From positions 352,001-416,000 of the forward strand of contig CAVQQD010000003.1 of the NCBI GenBank assembly GCA_963714975.1: DNA of 64,000 nucleotides, written 5' to 3'. Under the pieces are notes generated by a model. That model was given only the letters and a program-made list of their open reading frames with translations, made no database searches and was not told the DNA's origin. Below, in pieces: positions 61,510 through 64,000 of the stretch; position 1 is the stretch's first letter; every line of letters begins with the position of its first letter. The position numbers and the translations under genes were made by a program. The stretch is from an uncultured Gammaproteobacteria bacterium (GTDB lineage: Bacteria > Pseudomonadota > Gammaproteobacteria > JAURND01).

Positions 61510-64000
61510 ATGACTATAACCTTTGACCCTATACAATTACCCAACTTGGATATATCAATCAAACTTGATGTTTCTGAGGATCCAGAAAATCCCCTGAATC
61601 TACTGCTGAAACCTACCATTACAGCGACCCATCCGCAGGATGCGGAAGGGGGGCGCCATGTGGTATTCATGCTGGATAGAAGTGGTTCTATGAAAGGACC
61701 GCGATGGGAGGCTTTAACAAAGAGTGTTGCTAAAATTCTTGAAACACTAGATCCATCCAAAGATAGGGCCTCAGTCATGCTCTTTGAGGATAAAATACAA
61801 ACTGTAGCTAATAAAAGCCCAGATTTTGCTCAGATTAAACACGCTATTGATCAGAACCCCCCAGTGGAGGGACCCACCAATATTAAGGGGGCTATAGAAG
61901 CCCTCACCCCTGAGTTGATTGGTAATTCGAGTGCCACCACAGTAATGTTTTTTACCGACGGAATCGCGACTTCAGATGGAATAAATTTTGATAAGTTCGG
62001 ACTAGCAATTGACCCTACAGCCTTAATGGCTAAACGACGACAAAAGTTCAAAGAAGCTAAAAGCCATTTCCCACCAAGCATTAGTGTGGGCTGCTACAAG
62101 CCGGCAGTTGACGTTTTAGAAGGTATTTCCAGACCGTTCCCCTTTTATTATTCAGGTGATGCGGATGGTATCTTAGCAAAAATGGATGAGGCGAGTCAGT
62201 TTGTTGGTTATTCCTATCCAATTGATATGGGTGTTGTTCTCGATACTAGGAAACATGTTACAAATACTAAGGCTAAGGCATTTAGCAAATCGTTTGGAGA
62301 TTTTGGCTATATTACAAATAAGGACCCATTGAGTCCCCCTGCTGTATCTGTTAGCAAAGCGTATTTGAGTGGGGGTTTTTCGCCGTATTTTCAGCTGGGT
62401 AACAAAGTTTGTGTGATAAAGCCTGAGGATGTGCTGCGCGAGGGTGCAAGTGATCAAAAAGAAACTAAACAAACAGATGGGTCAATTATTGATTTGTCGG
62501 CTCTGCTAGTAGAATATAAAGCAATATTAGCAGGGATACAGAATAATAAGCCTGCTTTAGTCAGGTTGAACGCACTCCGGAATAAACTTCCTCAGAACGT
62601 TGTAGGCCCACAAGCTATTCCACTACAAGACCTTAGAAATCAAATAGAAGAAAGTATCAGCAAAGTATCCAACTCAGCCATGACAGCACAAGAGGTATTA
62701 GAAGCCAGTGCTTTGTTAAGCCAAACGAACTATAGAGCTAGAACTGGCATTCTGGCTAGGCAACTAGAGAAGAAGAAAACAGAATTAGCTGAAGGTGGCT
62801 TGGAATTTAATAATAGGGAAAGATCTCTTACAGAAACCAAGAGTGGTAAACAATATTTTATTGTGAGTCATGATTTCAATTTGGTTGATGTGGTCACAGA
62901 AGAAAAGACATCCGATTTGAGTCCCACTCATCCTCTATCCTACAAAAAAGGCACTCCTATCGCTTTTGTGGATCCTTATAGCAATGACTTTATTACTATA
63001 GACCCGCAAGATAATGACGGGATGAATGCTGCTCTAGGCTGTATCCCTACGACAGGAAATGACCAGCTCCTGGTAGACAGGGTGGCTTCCCCTGAATATT
63101 TGAAACAAATACTTAAAGGGGGGGTCGATCACTCTCCTCAGCCTGCCTTGGTGTCATTGGCAATATTTTTAAAAACTAACTATTTAAAGAATGATTTGCC
63201 AGATATTGCAACGCCAATTTCATTCTGTCGGCAGTATGCGGCATTATTAGCCTATTTGTTAGCCAAAAAAGAAAGCCTAAAGTCTCCAGAGAAACGTGCA
63301 GAAATTTTTGTTTATCGTGCCACTGCTGACAATCTTAAGGCGCATGCCTGGGTGATAAAAAAGCAGGGATCGCAGGTTTTTTTACTCGATGCCACCAATG
63401 CTAAGGATGAGCGAATATTTGAAATTTCTAAGCCGAAACAGCTAAAGCAGGCTATTAGCTATTACAAACAGCGGGGTTTGCCTGGTATTCTGCGTAATTT
63501 ATGTGCGGAACTTAATAAACCGAGCTTACAGAATAATGAGCAGGAGCAGAAAAAAAGCATCAATCAACAACTTCCCTTTCATCATGATTCTTTAATCAAG
63601 CTACCCAATATCCCTGAGCTCAGTCAGCAACAAAAGGATTATTTTCAAGGGAAGGGCTGGATTTGTCCACTGAGTAGGTTGCCGATCAATGAGCCAGTGG
63701 TATTATACGGTCAGGGTTTTACAGCTCCATTTCTATGTGATAAGCAGTCTTTTGAGTTAGATCAGTTAATTAATGGACACACAGGCATAAATCCTTTTAC
63801 TAAGGAACCATTATCCTCTTATGGCTTGGAGCCTCAACCGCAAGTGGCTGAGGAGATGTTTAAGATATTGACGGATTGGTTTCCTACCGCCGAGCAAGCT
63901 GTTTCTGCTGACGATGCATCCGTAAAGCGTGAAGCGATTAAGCTGGAACAAGGGAAAACAGCAGGGATTCGGCAAAGAGAAGAAGAAGAAATCGAATTAA
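61510..64000 (+). CDS. Multidomain candidate effector (at least 830 aa, 3' truncated): VWA + transglutaminase-like + U-box-like
   Basis: Translated by hand with no stop to the window end; GAGGA RBS; LDRSGSM/GPTN/FFTDG; FCRQYAALL/AHAWV/LLD; WICPLS..EPV..NPFTKEPL. Confidence 0.85.
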   Translation, partial: MTITFDPIQLPNLDISIKLDVSEDPENPLNLLLKPTITATHPQDAEGGRHVVFMLDRSGSMKGPRWEALTKSVAKILETLDPSKDRASVMLFEDKIQTVANKSPDFAQIKHAIDQNPPVEGPTNIKGAIEALTPELIGNSSATTVMFFTDGIATSDGINFDKFGLAIDPTALMAKRRQKFKEAKSHFPPSISVGCYKPAVDVLEGISRPFPFYYSGDADGILAKMDEASQFVGYSYPIDMGVVLDTRKHVTNTKAKAFSKSFGDFGYITNKDPLSPPAVSVSKAYLSGGFSPYFQLGNKVCVIKPEDVLREGASDQKETKQTDGSIIDLSALLVEYKAILAGIQNNKPALVRLNALRNKLPQNVVGPQAIPLQDLRNQIEESISKVSNSAMTAQEVLEASALLSQTNYRARTGILARQLEKKKTELAEGGLEFNNRERSLTETKSGKQYFIVSHDFNLVDVVTEEKTSDLSPTHPLSYKKGTPIAFVDPYSNDFITIDPQDNDGMNAALGCIPTTGNDQLLVDRVASPEYLKQILKGGVDHSPQPALVSLAIFLKTNYLKNDLPDIATPISFCRQYAALLAYLLAKKESLKSPEKRAEIFVYRATADNLKAHAWVIKKQGSQVFLLDATNAKDERIFEISKPKQLKQAISYYKQRGLPGILRNLCAELNKPSLQNNEQEQKKSINQQLPFHHDSLIKLPNIPELSQQQKDYFQGKGWICPLSRLPINEPVVLYGQGFTAPFLCDKQSFELDQLINGHTGINPFTKEPLSSYGLEPQPQVAEEMFKILTDWFPTAEQAVSADDASVKREAIKLEQGKTAGIRQREEEEIEL

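Noticed and set aside
61189-62472. Short minus-strand ORFs listed at the window end
   Set aside because: They are antisense shadows of the long plus-strand ORF from 61510, or are repeat-derived

Overview
Chromosomal window of a Legionellales-type (Coxiellaceae/Rickettsiella-like) gammaproteobacterium, inferred from the Dot/Icm gene set and order. Contents: housekeeping genes (ispE, lolB, hemA, gmk, rpoZ, spoT, ridA, suhB, iscS, folK, pcnB, tRNA-Glu, carB, miaB, phoH, ybeY, ftsK, rne); most of a Dot/Icm type IVB secretion region (putative icmR analogue, icmQ-P-O-N-L, icmK-E-G-C-D-J-B); orphan effector-like genes; a GST/SDR/beta-lactamase/ABC-F accessory island; several families of palindromic repeats and MITEs. 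Main observations: (1) a triple-nested element at 50638-53629, where an IS110 with readable bridge-RNA guides sits in the terminal inverted repeat of a 252-bp MITE and itself carries an IS3; a second, truncated bridge-RNA copy has a target guide that co-varies with its own flank; (2) an ORF missing from the track (61510 to the window end) with VWA + Cys-His-Asp transglutaminase-like + U-box-like motifs; (3) six identically spaced PmrA-type boxes linking dot/icm genes, orphan effectors and a CI/LexA-like repressor; (4) a probable circularly permuted ATP-grasp effector. The frameshifts in suhB, carB and icmO can all be repaired by removing single extra bases and are probably sequencing errors. 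All calls are by eye; no searches were run.
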